A stretch of DNA of 64,000 bases. Origin: an uncultured delta proteobacterium. Its GTDB lineage: Bacteria > Desulfobacterota > Syntrophobacteria > Syntrophobacterales > Syntrophobacteraceae. How positions within the stretch are numbered: the first letter of the stretch is position 1; every line of letters begins with the position of its first letter. The notes below the pieces were generated by a model. The model was given only the letters and a program-made list of their open reading frames with translations, had not been told where the DNA came from and searched no databases. The stretch covers positions 32,001 through 96,000 of the forward strand of contig CAWEHK010000019.1 in NCBI GenBank assembly GCA_963808625.1, in the 5' to 3' direction. The position numbers and the translations under genes are program-made. Positions 38,885-48,689 of this stretch are shown one piece after another.

Positions 38885-40174
38885 TCAGTGTTTGAATGCC
38901 CGCTGTCCCGTAAAAACCATGGTCACATTGGCTTCATTACAGGCTTCAATGACTTCCCAATCGCGCATCGAGCCGCCCGGTTGAACCACGGCGGTTATCC
39001 CCTGACGAATGCCCACGTCGACACCATCCCGAAAGGGGAAGAAGGCATCGGATACCATGGCCGCACCGATCAGGCCGCCTCGAGCTTCCCTGGTGTCGCT
39101 GTCAATGGCTGCTTTCTGTTCCAAAGGACGTTCGCCCTTTTCGACGGCCAGTTCCAGTTCTTTGTACGGCATGCCGTGGCGATCGTAGCAAAGCGCATCG
39201 GCGTATTTCTGATAGGCTTTATAGACGGCGATTTCGGCAACGCCCACGCGATCCTGTTCGCCCGTGCCGATGCCGACCGTGCATTCATCCTTGATATAAA
39301 GAACCGAATTGGAGGTCACTCCCTGTTCCACAAACCAGCCAAAAAGGAGGTCCTGCATTTCCTGCGCGCTCGGTTCCCGGTTGATCCGGTAGGGCTTGCC
39401 ACTGTAGGTGGTTTCTGCCAGGGCCAGGTCTTTGGCCCCTTGAACCTTGTTCAGCGGGGATTGCTGGACAATCAGGCCACCATCGATGAGCGATTTGAAA
39501 TCAACGAAACGCGCGGTCAGGTAGTCGGGCAGGCGATCAATCCTGGCTACCTGAATGATTCTCAGATTGGGGCGGCGCTTCAGAAGCGCCAGGGTCCCTT
39601 CCTCGTAATCCGGCGCCGCAACCACCTCGAGGTAATTCTCGGCAATGAGAGACGCGGTTTCTTTGTCGACCGCGCGGTTGAGCACGAGACAGCCGCCGAA
39701 GGCGGCAATGCGATCCGCGCGATTGGCTCGAAAGTAAGCATCAGTCAGGGTCTTGCCGTAAGCGGCGCCGCACGGGTTATTGTGCTTGAGGATCACGGCG
39801 GCCGGCTTTGCCATCAGGTATTTCAGAATATTAAGCCCGTTATCGAGGTCCGTGAGATTGATTTTCCCGGGGTGCTTGCCCTCCTGCAGCATGTCCTCTT
39901 CTTTAATGGCACTCACGAGGCCGTTGTCGGGATCGATGAAGCGACAGCCGCCAAGCGCAAGATGACCGCCAAGCAACTCGTAGAGAGCCGCCTCCTGTCC
40001 GGGATTTTCACCGTAACGCAAGCCCTTTTCGATGAGTTCGCCCGATTTCTCATCCGGAAATTTCCAGCTTCGTTTGCGATAGAGCAGCTCTTGATCGCCA
40101 AAACTGATGCGCAGGCTCTCCGGAAAGTGGTCCTCCATAACCGTACGGTACATTTTTTTTAAGTCCTGGCTCAT
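38885..40174 (-). CDS. purH: PurH-like protein: AICAR transformylase-type domain without the canonical N-terminal IMP cyclohydrolase domain
   Basis: LRYGENPGQEAA, LKHNNPCGAA, AAFGG, SNSV, GTGEQDRV, SDAFFPFRDG, QPGGSMRD, FTGQRAFKH. Confidence 0.85.
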   Translation of the reverse strand: MSQDLKKMYRTVMEDHFPESLRISFGDQELLYRKRSWKFPDEKSGELIEKGLRYGENPGQEAALYELLGGHLALGGCRFIDPDNGLVSAIKEEDMLQEGKHPGKINLTDLDNGLNILKYLMAKPAAVILKHNNPCGAAYGKTLTDAYFRANRADRIAAFGGCLVLNRAVDKETASLIAENYLEVVAAPDYEEGTLALLKRRPNLRIIQVARIDRLPDYLTARFVDFKSLIDGGLIVQQSPLNKVQGAKDLALAETTYSGKPYRINREPSAQEMQDLLFGWFVEQGVTSNSVLYIKDECTVGIGTGEQDRVGVAEIAVYKAYQKYADALCYDRHGMPYKELELAVEKGERPLEQKAAIDSDTREARGGLIGAAMVSDAFFPFRDGVDVGIRQGITAVVQPGGSMRDWEVIEACNEANVTMVFTGQRAFKH

Positions 40175-40191
40175 GGCAAATCCTCCTCAAT

Positions 40192-40220
40192 AAAAGAAGC
40201 CCGGATCATCTCCAGGCTTC
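40192..40220 (-). terminator. Probable intrinsic terminator after the fadL-like gene
   Basis: Minus strand GAAGCCTGGA-GATGA-TCCGGGCTTC-TTTT. Confidence 0.6.
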
Positions 40221-40248
40221 CAATACAAACACTGAAAAACGATTCGAA

Positions 40249-41564
40249 TCAGAATTTATAGCCCAGGCTGCAGCCGATCATGTTGGCATGGCCATTCGAG
40301 AATTCGGATTGATAAACGGGCGAAAGCACATTTCCATGCGGCGGCACATCATCGCGATCGGTAATCAGAAGGTACGCATAGGAGAGGTCCAGGCTCCAGT
40401 TTTTCCAATGGAACCCCGGGCCAAAACTGAAGAGAAACCGATCGTTAGCCGGGACAAGGTAATCCGCGTAGGCGCTGTCAAAGGCTTCCTTGTCCCAGGC
40501 GAAACCCGCGCGAAGGTCCAGCCACTTTGTTGTCTTGTATTCGGCCCCCAGGCTGAGGCGCCAGCTGTCATGCCAGTTCTTTGGCTCGACGATATAGTGT
40601 ACCGAGTCCCGGTACGGGTGCGGTCCCGTAGCTGATGGCCAATTCGTTGTAGGTACTCCACCGTGTCCAAATGGCGTCGACTTCAAGACTGAGGTCCTTG
40701 ATCGGATAAAAGGCGGCACCCAAAAACAGCTCATCGGGAAGCGTAATATCCCCACTGGCGCTGGTGGTGTTAAAATAGTTGGCGGAGCCTGGAATAGCAG
40801 CAAATTTGGGCGATTTCGTGAATGTGGCCGTCCCGCTCACGCTTTGCTTTACCTGGGTTCGATAGGACATCCCCAGTTTCATCCAGTCGCAGGCATTGTA
40901 ATGAATGCCAAAATTGAACCCATACCCGACGCTGTCTCCTTCAAGCGAGCGATCCACATCAAATGAGGCATCACCTGGCCGGTTTATTAACAACCCCCCG
41001 GGGATCTTCCGCTTCAGGGTCAAATCAAAGTACATGATATCGAAACCGGCGGCGAACGAGACCTGGTCGTTCAGCTTGAAGGCTATGGTGGGATTGATGT
41101 TGATCGTCTCAATGACCGCCTCATAGCTATTATACCGCCCCGGCCAGTTCTGGTCAAATTCAGTACCGAGTCCGAAAGGGGAGAAGATCCCCAGGCCAAA
41201 CCAGACCAGGTCGGTGGCCTGGTAGCTGAGGTAAAAATGGGGTGGGAACCACACATTGTCCTCGGTCGAGGTGGTCGTGGTGGTCACGCCCGTCTGACCC
41301 CGGCACATGAGTGGTCACATCGGTCGTGGGCATGATAAAAGTGGCGCCCGCCATCACCTGTAACCCCGGGAGCTGGGTGATACCGGCAGGGTTAAAGAAG
41401 AGCGCCGAGGGATCGTCAGCCTTTCCAGCCATAGCGCCTGCCATAGCGTTCCCCCGAGCGCTGGCCTCATACAGTGCAAAACCGGCACCATCACACAAGC
41501 CGGCGTTGAACACCATGCCGGTCGCGACCACCAGCAACAAGAACAACCGTGACGTCACCTTCAT
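40249..41564 (-). CDS. OmpP1/FadL family outer membrane transporter (frameshifts near 41305 and 40625)
   Basis: Signal peptide then GFALYEASARGNAMAGA, DDPSALFFNPAGITQL, FSPFGLGTEF, ININPTIA, NWHDSWRLSLGAEY, C-terminal YKF. Confidence 0.88.
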
Positions 41565-42101
41565 TTTAACCCTCCTCCCTCGCTGGAACTCCAAAATTTC
41601 CCTTTGTCTAGCCCCTGTCCCAAAGTTTTCCGGTTTTCCAGAATGCCCCAGGATATCAGGACGACAGCAAAGACCCACACCTCGCCACCGCTAATGAGAC
41701 GGCCTCAGGCGGCGGTTTTCCCGTGGGAGAAACATACCGCCCCCAAGTATCGTTCTTTGCAACAAGTACTCGACCAGTTTTCATGACCGGGGCAAAACCG
41801 GAAATCATGAAAACGGGCATCCGCCGACATGGTCGGCTATATAATTGGCGCCGCTCCGGCAGGGCAGTTCACCGCCGGCCACTATTTTTCCCAAGATTAT
41901 TTAAGAATCAGAATTTCCAGGTAAAGCTGCCAGAAGCTAGCAAAGTCAAAAGTCTCCGTCAAGGAAAATCCTGCTCCATGCAGGCCCCGTAAGGCCTTGC
42001 AAACAAAGCGTAAATCTCGATCCGGCAAACTCCCCATGCAAAAAAGAGACCCCGTACCGTCAAAATATGGTAATGAAGAAGACTCTGGTGAGCTCTGCTA
42101 G

Positions 42102-42251
42102 GAGGCTGTCTGAAAATTGGTCGAAGGTTATGGGGCAGCGGCGATCAAACCTTGTAGGAGTCGGCTTCCAGCCGCGACTAAATCTAAATCGCGGCAAGAT
42201 GCCGCTCCTACAGATGGACTGACCAGTTGCATGTCATTTTCAGACAGGCTC
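42102..42251. mobile_element. 150-bp MITE with a perfect CTAG target-site duplication, carrying a REP-like doublet
   Basis: CTAG-GAGGCTGTCTGAAAAT ... ATTTTCAGACAGGCTC-CTAG (15/16 TIR); interior TGTAGGAGTCGGCTTCCAGCCGCGA...TCGCGGCAAGATGCCGCTCCTACA. Confidence 0.85.
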
Positions 42252-42338
42252 CTAGTGAGCGATACCTGCCAGGTGAATGATTGACGCCCGGCTCCGGGCC
42301 CTTCCAAGTAAACGTTTACGCCGAGGAGCAAGAAAAAA

Positions 42339-43424
42339 ATGGAGAATTGGCAGCCTCTTGCCGCTACCACGATGGTTGGCAGCATGCCCCACAAAGATCG
42401 CGACAAGGTCATCGAGCTCATTCTCAAAACCTTCACGGAGGTGCCGGTGTGGCCCCAGTTCCCTTCCTTCCAGCCGGAACAGATGATGATTCAGTATCTG
42501 GAGGGTCTGCCGGGGGTCCGCGTGGAGCAGGGACAGGTGCTGGTCCGGATTGATGCTCCGCAGTTCGAACAGGAGCTGATCGAATTCTATGCAGATTATC
42601 TGGAAGTGGAAGAAGGGGGCGGGGACCTCGAAGGTTCCAGGTTTGCAATGGGCCCGGAGACAGGGATAAGCTTCTTTCGGTTTCTCGATAGGATGGAGCG
42701 AATCCCCCCCTCCTTTCGGGCGCTGAAGGGCCAAATCGTTGGTCCCTTCACCCTGCTGACCATGCTCAAGGACCGCCAGGATCGAGCCCTCATTTACCAT
42801 GAACAAATGCTGGATGTGGTGGTCAAGCATCTGGCCATGAAAGCCAAGTGGCAAATCCGCCGACTCAAATCGTTCGGACGTCCGGTGATCCTGTTTCTTG
42901 ACGAACCGGCCCTGGCCGGGTTTGGGTCGTCCGCATTCATAGCCATTTCTGAGGAACTGGTACAGAGAATGCTCCGAGAGGTCGTTGATGCGGTTCATCA
43001 AGCCGGGGCCCTCGCGGGTGTGCACATTTGCGCCAACACGGCTTGGGACCTGGTGTTCAAAAGCGGGGTGGATATAATAAATTTCGATGCCTACAACTAC
43101 TTCGAGAAATTCGCCCTCTACCGCGAATCATTTCTGAAATTCATCGAACAGGGCCATTTCATGGCCTGGGGCGTGGTCCCGACGAACGATCCCGAGGTCA
43201 TTCTGGGGGAAAGTTCCCAGGGCCTTGCCAACCGTTGGTTAGAACGCATAGAAGAGCTTGTGACGCCGTCTGTTTCCCGCTCTAAGATCCTCTCACAGTC
43301 GCTCTTTACCCCGAGTTGCGGCTGCGGCTGCCTTTCTGAGACGGCCGCAGAACGGGTGGTGCAATTGACCAGGCAACTGGGACAAATAATGCAGAGATCT
43401 CTTATGTTTATACTCTTTGGTTGA
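42339..43424 (+). CDS. Core (single-barrel) methionine synthase, MesB-like
   Basis: TMVGSMPH, WPQFP, KGQIVGP, FLDEP, Zn-ligand motifs GVHIC and TPSCG, AWGVVPT; 361 aa with no MetE N-terminal barrel. Confidence 0.78.
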   Translation: MENWQPLAATTMVGSMPHKDRDKVIELILKTFTEVPVWPQFPSFQPEQMMIQYLEGLPGVRVEQGQVLVRIDAPQFEQELIEFYADYLEVEEGGGDLEGSRFAMGPETGISFFRFLDRMERIPPSFRALKGQIVGPFTLLTMLKDRQDRALIYHEQMLDVVVKHLAMKAKWQIRRLKSFGRPVILFLDEPALAGFGSSAFIAISEELVQRMLREVVDAVHQAGALAGVHICANTAWDLVFKSGVDIINFDAYNYFEKFALYRESFLKFIEQGHFMAWGVVPTNDPEVILGESSQGLANRWLERIEELVTPSVSRSKILSQSLFTPSCGCGCLSETAAERVVQLTRQLGQIMQRSLMFILFG

Positions 43425-43955
43425 GATTCATTGGTAGATGCATCGAGGCATATCAGGTTCATACGAAAGACGCGTTCTCCGGGGAGAGATCTTTTGACAA
43501 CGAGATTATTAGTTTATTACGTTAGGTACGCTATTGCGAGAACAAGGGTGATTTTTGCCAATCCCTCTCAGCACAACATATTTCCAGTTCGACTATTTTA
43601 CACTGCTCATGGCGCCTTGGTTTAGCTTTCTGGCCTCCCCTCCGTGGTCGGGAAACGGAGGGGAGAGACAACGCAGGAGTGTATACTTTTCATTTTCGCT
43701 TTGAGGCAAAAGAGATAAAGGGGTCAGAAGGCGGACTCGCGTCAGACCTTACGGGCGGGGCCGGCAACCATCCCAAAGCCAACCTGCAAGTCATCAGCAA
43801 GACAGAAAAATTATAGTTTTTTGAGATTTAGAACATTGCCCGCCGTGACGTTCACGGCTGCCCGCCTCGACGGGGCCTTCAAGAGCTCCAACCGGGAAAA
43901 TGGCAGTTATTTGAGAATCCTTCAGAGGGTGTACTGCAAAGGTAGGGTGATCACG

Positions 43956-44372
43956 ATGCAAGTCGAATACAAGAACATCGATCCCAAACTCATCGTCAAT
44001 GAGATCCGAAACGGCCGTTCGCTGGAATCCGTGCAAAAGCTGTTTGGGCTCAAGTTCAAGAGTGAAGTCCAGGATCTGTACCTGCGCGGGCTGATGGAAC
44101 TGGGTGAGATTCCCCAGGTGGCATTCAACAAGACAACCTCGCCGCCATTGCCTGCGTCAAAGCCGGGACCGCCTATTGCGCGTCGTCCTGGCGGGAACAA
44201 TGCACCGCCCCCCATGCTCATCCAGACCTCCAACTTCCGCACCATTGGTCAAAGCGGCAGCATTACCCTGAATAAGACACTCCTGATTGAACAGTTGGGA
44301 TTCCAGGTCGGAGACTTGTTTGAAATCTACCGTGAAGATGACAGGGTGGTCCTGAAGAAAGCAGGGTCGTAA
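43956..44372 (+). CDS. Hypothetical protein with Pro-rich linker and C-terminal AbrB/SpoVT-like DNA-binding domain
   Basis: RTIGQSGSITLNKTLL..LGFQVGDLFEIYREDDRVVLKK swapped-hairpin pattern. Confidence 0.68.
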   Translation: MQVEYKNIDPKLIVNEIRNGRSLESVQKLFGLKFKSEVQDLYLRGLMELGEIPQVAFNKTTSPPLPASKPGPPIARRPGGNNAPPPMLIQTSNFRTIGQSGSITLNKTLLIEQLGFQVGDLFEIYREDDRVVLKKAGS

Positions 44373-44433
44373 GACTAGCGCTTGTTGCTTCAAGCCCTTT
44401 TCCACCCCGCGACCCGGGCAGGTTCCCATCGTA

Positions 44434-45105
44434 CTAGCGTCGCAGACTGTTGAGCACGTGCAGGAACCGCCATAAGGCAGTCAGGTTCGTTCCGAGCGCC
44501 AGGATCACAAGCACCACAAGTAAAACAAGGTCCTGCAGCGACTGCTGATTTCGCAACCCGGCAAAGAGGTTCACCACCGGATTGACCAGGCCGGCAAAAC
44601 CCAGCAGCACAATCCGCTCCCCTCTCTGAAACATTCCCGCGAGGCAGCGTACGCCAAGTCCTTCGGCACGGGCACGAGTATAGCTGACCATCAAAGACCC
44701 AAACAGGATGAGCAGCATGGTGAGTGAGACCAGCGGTGTTGTCGCGCCCTGGCGATAGAAATAGCACCAGATTCCCAGGTAGATGATCAGCTCCGTGTAG
44801 CGATCCAGCACCGAATCCAGGAAGGCGCCGAACTTCCGGCTCTGCCCCAGCGCCCTTGCCAGACCACCATCGAGGGTGTCGAACAGACCGGTCAACAGGG
44901 TGAAAAGGCCGCCAAAGAAAGGGTAATAAACAAAGGAAACCCCGGCCATCACACTGCTCAGAAGTCCCAGGAACGAAACATGGTTGGGCGTTAACTTCAG
45001 CTGGATCAGCCAGGGAATCAGGCGGCGATTAAGTAAGCTATAGTATTCCGTTTCAAGCGCTGTTCCTTTGAGCATACGTAACCTTCGATCAGGATCAAGA
45101 TGCAT
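44434..45105 (-). CDS. CDP-alcohol phosphatidyltransferase family protein
   Basis: TPNHVS, DTLDGGLAR..GAFLDSVLDR signature, SLMVSYTRARAEGLG. Confidence 0.9.
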   Translation of the reverse strand: MHLDPDRRLRMLKGTALETEYYSLLNRRLIPWLIQLKLTPNHVSFLGLLSSVMAGVSFVYYPFFGGLFTLLTGLFDTLDGGLARALGQSRKFGAFLDSVLDRYTELIIYLGIWCYFYRQGATTPLVSLTMLLILFGSLMVSYTRARAEGLGVRCLAGMFQRGERIVLLGFAGLVNPVVNLFAGLRNQQSLQDLVLLVVLVILALGTNLTALWRFLHVLNSLRR

Positions 45106-45214
45106 GGAGCCGAGGCATACGGGAAATTCTATAGCTGAAGAAGGTCAATTCTCTTTCTCGCTAAACTAAGGTCGCCAGCCACTTCCATTTGTGGAAGCAG
45201 CTTGTTTGGACTCT

Positions 45215-46480
45215 TTATTCCGGCTTCAAGGCCACCCCGGAACCCGTTTCCTTAAAAAGAGCGAAAGCCAGCAGAGGGTATTCATTCAATCGTACCTCCA
45301 GTTCCCTTCCCACGGCTACTTCTACCACATGAGGTTCCAAAATGACATAGCCAAAACAATCCCTGACCAGGGCGAAGACCGACGCACCCTTCGGCTCAAC
45401 CGGAACGAACCGGGGCGGCGCCGTTTCCAGGTTCAGCATTCCCCTGACGGCTCGATAGAATCCGGGCTTCTGCTTGAGGGGCTTTTGGAGCCTGGCTGCG
45501 ATCAGTGGACCGGGAATTCCCTGGAGCCCCTGCCAACGGCGCAGCATGGGGGCCGCGAGTTCGGCAAAGACAATTTGCGCCGCCCAGGGATTACCGGAGA
45601 CACCGAGGAAGACCTGCCCGCCCCTCACCCCCAGGGCGGTGTTCTTCCCCGGCGTGAGGTTGATTCCCCTGAACAGCACCCGCACCCCGAGCCGTTTCCA
45701 TGCCTCCATCATAAAGTCCCTGTCCCCCTTGCCCATGCCTCCGGTGGTAATAACCAGATCGGCAGCGACACCCTGCAAGCGATCGGCGATGATTCGAGGC
45801 TCATCCCGGACCACCCCCAGGCGGCTTGGCATCCCTCCCTGAAGCTGGGTCAGCCAGGCGAGCAGATGCATGTTATTGCAGTAGGTAAAGGGACCTTTTT
45901 CAACGGCGCCCAGGGCCCTCACCTCGTCCCCCGTGGCGAGCAGAGCGACTCGCGGCTGCCGATAGACGGCAACCCGGTCATGTCCCAGGCCGGCCATGAG
46001 CGCCAGTCGCACGGCGGTAAGGACCGTTCCCCGGGAGAGCAGAAATTCGCTTTCCTTTACCTCGTCTCCGGGAAGGGTTACGCCGTTTCCGTGAGCATAG
46101 GTTCGGGTAAGGCGAAGGTTTTCCCCCTCGACGGCGACCTCCTCGTCGGGAGCAACGGCATCGGCAGACGGCGGAAGGGGCGCCCCGGTAAGAATGCGCA
46201 CGGCCTCTCCGGAATGGATGGCAACCGCCGCAACATGCCCGGCGGCAAGGCGCTCGCTCCTGACCCTCAGCAGAACCGGGGTGTCGGGAGTGGCCCCACG
46301 TGTGTCGGCGCTGCGCAGGGCAAAGCCATCAAGGCGGGAGCGGGATTCGCCGGGAAGATTGCGATCGGCGACAACCCTTTGGGCAAGGACCCGCCCGAGA
46401 GCGTCTTCAATCCGCACGCTTTCGATTTCCAGGGGCGCGATGAGTCCGGAAGCCAACTGCCGGGCCTCGTTCAGGTCCAT
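45215..46480 (-). CDS. moeA: Molybdopterin molybdotransferase
   Basis: ALGRVLA, SRLDGFAL, RILTGAPLP, VALLATGDEV, VITTGG..GDRDF, GNP. Confidence 0.9.
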   Translation of the reverse strand: MDLNEARQLASGLIAPLEIESVRIEDALGRVLAQRVVADRNLPGESRSRLDGFALRSADTRGATPDTPVLLRVRSERLAAGHVAAVAIHSGEAVRILTGAPLPPSADAVAPDEEVAVEGENLRLTRTYAHGNGVTLPGDEVKESEFLLSRGTVLTAVRLALMAGLGHDRVAVYRQPRVALLATGDEVRALGAVEKGPFTYCNNMHLLAWLTQLQGGMPSRLGVVRDEPRIIADRLQGVAADLVITTGGMGKGDRDFMMEAWKRLGVRVLFRGINLTPGKNTALGVRGGQVFLGVSGNPWAAQIVFAELAAPMLRRWQGLQGIPGPLIAARLQKPLKQKPGFYRAVRGMLNLETAPPRFVPVEPKGASVFALVRDCFGYVILEPHVVEVAVGRELEVRLNEYPLLAFALFKETGSGVALKPE

Positions 46481-47046
46481 TGCAACTCCTCCAGGTTTTC
46501 CGGAGTGTTGACGTTCTTGAAGCTGAGGCCCTCAGGGTCGACCTTGCGCCATTCCTTTTCCGGGAGTTCTTTCACTTTGACTTTCCGGTAGAAACTGGTG
46601 ACCTTCCTCTCACCCTTCTCCAGAGCTGCTGCGATGGGGGCGAGACAGCGGCGGGAATAAATCGCCAGGAGCGGTTCCGGGCGACCGTTGAGGATCGGGA
46701 CCACGGCATCGCAACCTTCCTTCAACGAAGACATCTTCCTGGCCAATTCCTCAACCAGGAAGGGCATATCGGTGGCTTTGAGGAAAACCCAGTCATGAGG
46801 GCTGAAAAGAAGCGCCGTGAACACGCCCCCAAGAGGCCCCTGGTCCCTTACCACATCCTGCACCAGGGTGGCTCGAACATGAAGATAAGGAAGCACGTCA
46901 TTGGCGATTACCAGGACGGGATCGCCAAAGCCACTCAATGACGCCACCGCGCGCTCGATGAGGCTTTTCCCTCGAAAGGTCTCGAGGGCCTTATTTCTTC
47001 CGTACCGCAGGCTCTTGCCTCCGGCGAGGATCGCTCCCGTAACCAT
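46471..47046 (-). CDS. mobA: Molybdenum cofactor guanylyltransferase
   Basis: ILAGGKSLRYG.NKAL, GPLGG, ATDMPF, EPLLAIY, FKNVNTPE. Confidence 0.92.
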   Translation of the reverse strand: MVTGAILAGGKSLRYGRNKALETFRGKSLIERAVASLSGFGDPVLVIANDVLPYLHVRATLVQDVVRDQGPLGGVFTALLFSPHDWVFLKATDMPFLVEELARKMSSLKEGCDAVVPILNGRPEPLLAIYSRRCLAPIAAALEKGERKVTSFYRKVKVKELPEKEWRKVDPEGLSFKNVNTPENLEELQWT

Positions 47047-47704
47047 TTATTCTTCTTCCAGCCGGATCTGGATCTCGATGTTTCGCGGCTGTTTCCATCC
47101 CCTCAGGCTGGCGAGCATACCGACGATTCCGCCGATGACAAAATCCTGCACGAAGTCTTTCATCGGTATCTTCTTGCCGTCCGCAACCACCATGAGGCGA
47201 GACCTTTTGCGGCCTTTCAGAAACCGTTCTTCGAGCAGGTCGGCAACTCCGGATACTTCGTCGAAGCGGAAGCGGGGAATCTCGAGTTGAACCGGGTCTT
47301 CGGTTACAATCGCCAGCAGATTGTCCTTTGGCGTGCAGATGGGCTTGGCTTCAATTGCTGAGCGAAACACTTCGATTTTGGGAAAGTGAGATTGCTTATA
47401 CCCTTCGGTAATCAAAATGTCCTCATCCCAGAAGCAGCGACCGGCGATCTGTTCGAGAGGCATCTCGGCCGCGGTTTGCCGAATCGCTGCCAACATCTGT
47501 GGGGAAGCGATGGCAACGGTCTGAGCGCCGGCCTTGCGATGCCGCCACGTATCTTTTCCTTCACGATCCATCTCAAAACCGTGAACATCGTGTTTCACGG
47601 TGCCGACCCGATAGCCCCGGCCCTCGAAGCTCGGGAATCAACTGCTCAAGAAACGTGGTTTTGCCGGAATTAGAAGCCCCAACGATGCAAATAATGGGCA
47701 ACAT
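47047..47704 (-). CDS. mobB: Molybdopterin-guanine dinucleotide biosynthesis protein B (frameshift near 47610)
   Basis: MLPIICIVGASNSGKTTF P-loop joins KHDVHGFEMDREGKDTWRH..AGA, ITEGYK, PKIEV. Confidence 0.9.
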
Positions 47705-47881
47705 GGTGATTTCTCCTTTAGAATGGTTGTGCGCAATGCATGAAGATCGATCACAGACCTCGATGATCGCAGCACTATCGCACAGCCCCATAACACTGTC
47801 AATGTGGGGCTCGCCGCGCGCGATGCCATTGACCGGGCTGGGCGCGTGTGTTAGCTTGCCCGCGACTGGAGGTAATGAAAA

Positions 47882-48689
47882 GTGATTCCCTATCCTCATA
47901 TCAATCCCGACGTGATTACCATCGGGCCGCTCCACGTCCGCTGGTACGGACTCATGTACGTCCTGGGGTTTCTGGCAGCCTACTTCCTGGTTCAGAAGCA
48001 GGATCGGTCCCGCGAGATGGGTCTGGTCGGCGCCACGGCCCAGGACCTGATTTTTTACATAGCCATTGGTCTCATCGTTGGCGCCCGCCTGGGATATGTC
48101 GTTTTTTACGATTATAATGAATACCTGACTTATCTCAAGAATCCACTGGAAATTATTGCCACCTGGCACGGTGGCATGTCCTTCCACGGCGGACTGCTGG
48201 GCTCGGTGATCGCCTGCTGGTGGTTCTGTCGGCGGCGAAAGCTTCCCTTGGCGGCGGTACTCGACAGCCTGGCGGTCACCGCTCCCATCGGTCTGGGTCT
48301 GGGTCGCCTCGGGAACTTCATCAATGGGGAACTGCTGGGACTTCCTTCCAATGTACCGTGGGCCATGGTCTTCCCCGACGGCGGCCCGCTTCCCCGGCAT
48401 CCATCGCAGCTCTATGAGGCCGTCATGGAAGGTCCCGGTCCTCTTTTTCCTGCTCTGGTGGCTGCGCAAGCGCGGATTTCGAGACGGGATGATGATTGTC
48501 TTTTTCCTGCTCTTTTATGGTGTGATGCGGTTCTTCATAGAATTTTACAAGGAACCCGATCCTCAGATTGGGTATCTCTTCGGATACTTCACCATGGGAC
48601 AGCTTCTTTGCCTCGCGATGATTCTCGCCTCGGGATTGTTGGCCCTTTTTCTCCGGCATGATCGGGCAAAGGAGCCCCGACATCCATGA
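47882..48689 (+). CDS. lgt: Prolipoprotein diacylglyceryl transferase (frameshift near 48435)
   Basis: RWYGLMY, GARLGYV, GGMSFHGG, GRLGNFINGEL, RHPSQLYE, RFFIEF..EPD, TMGQLL. Confidence 0.95.
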
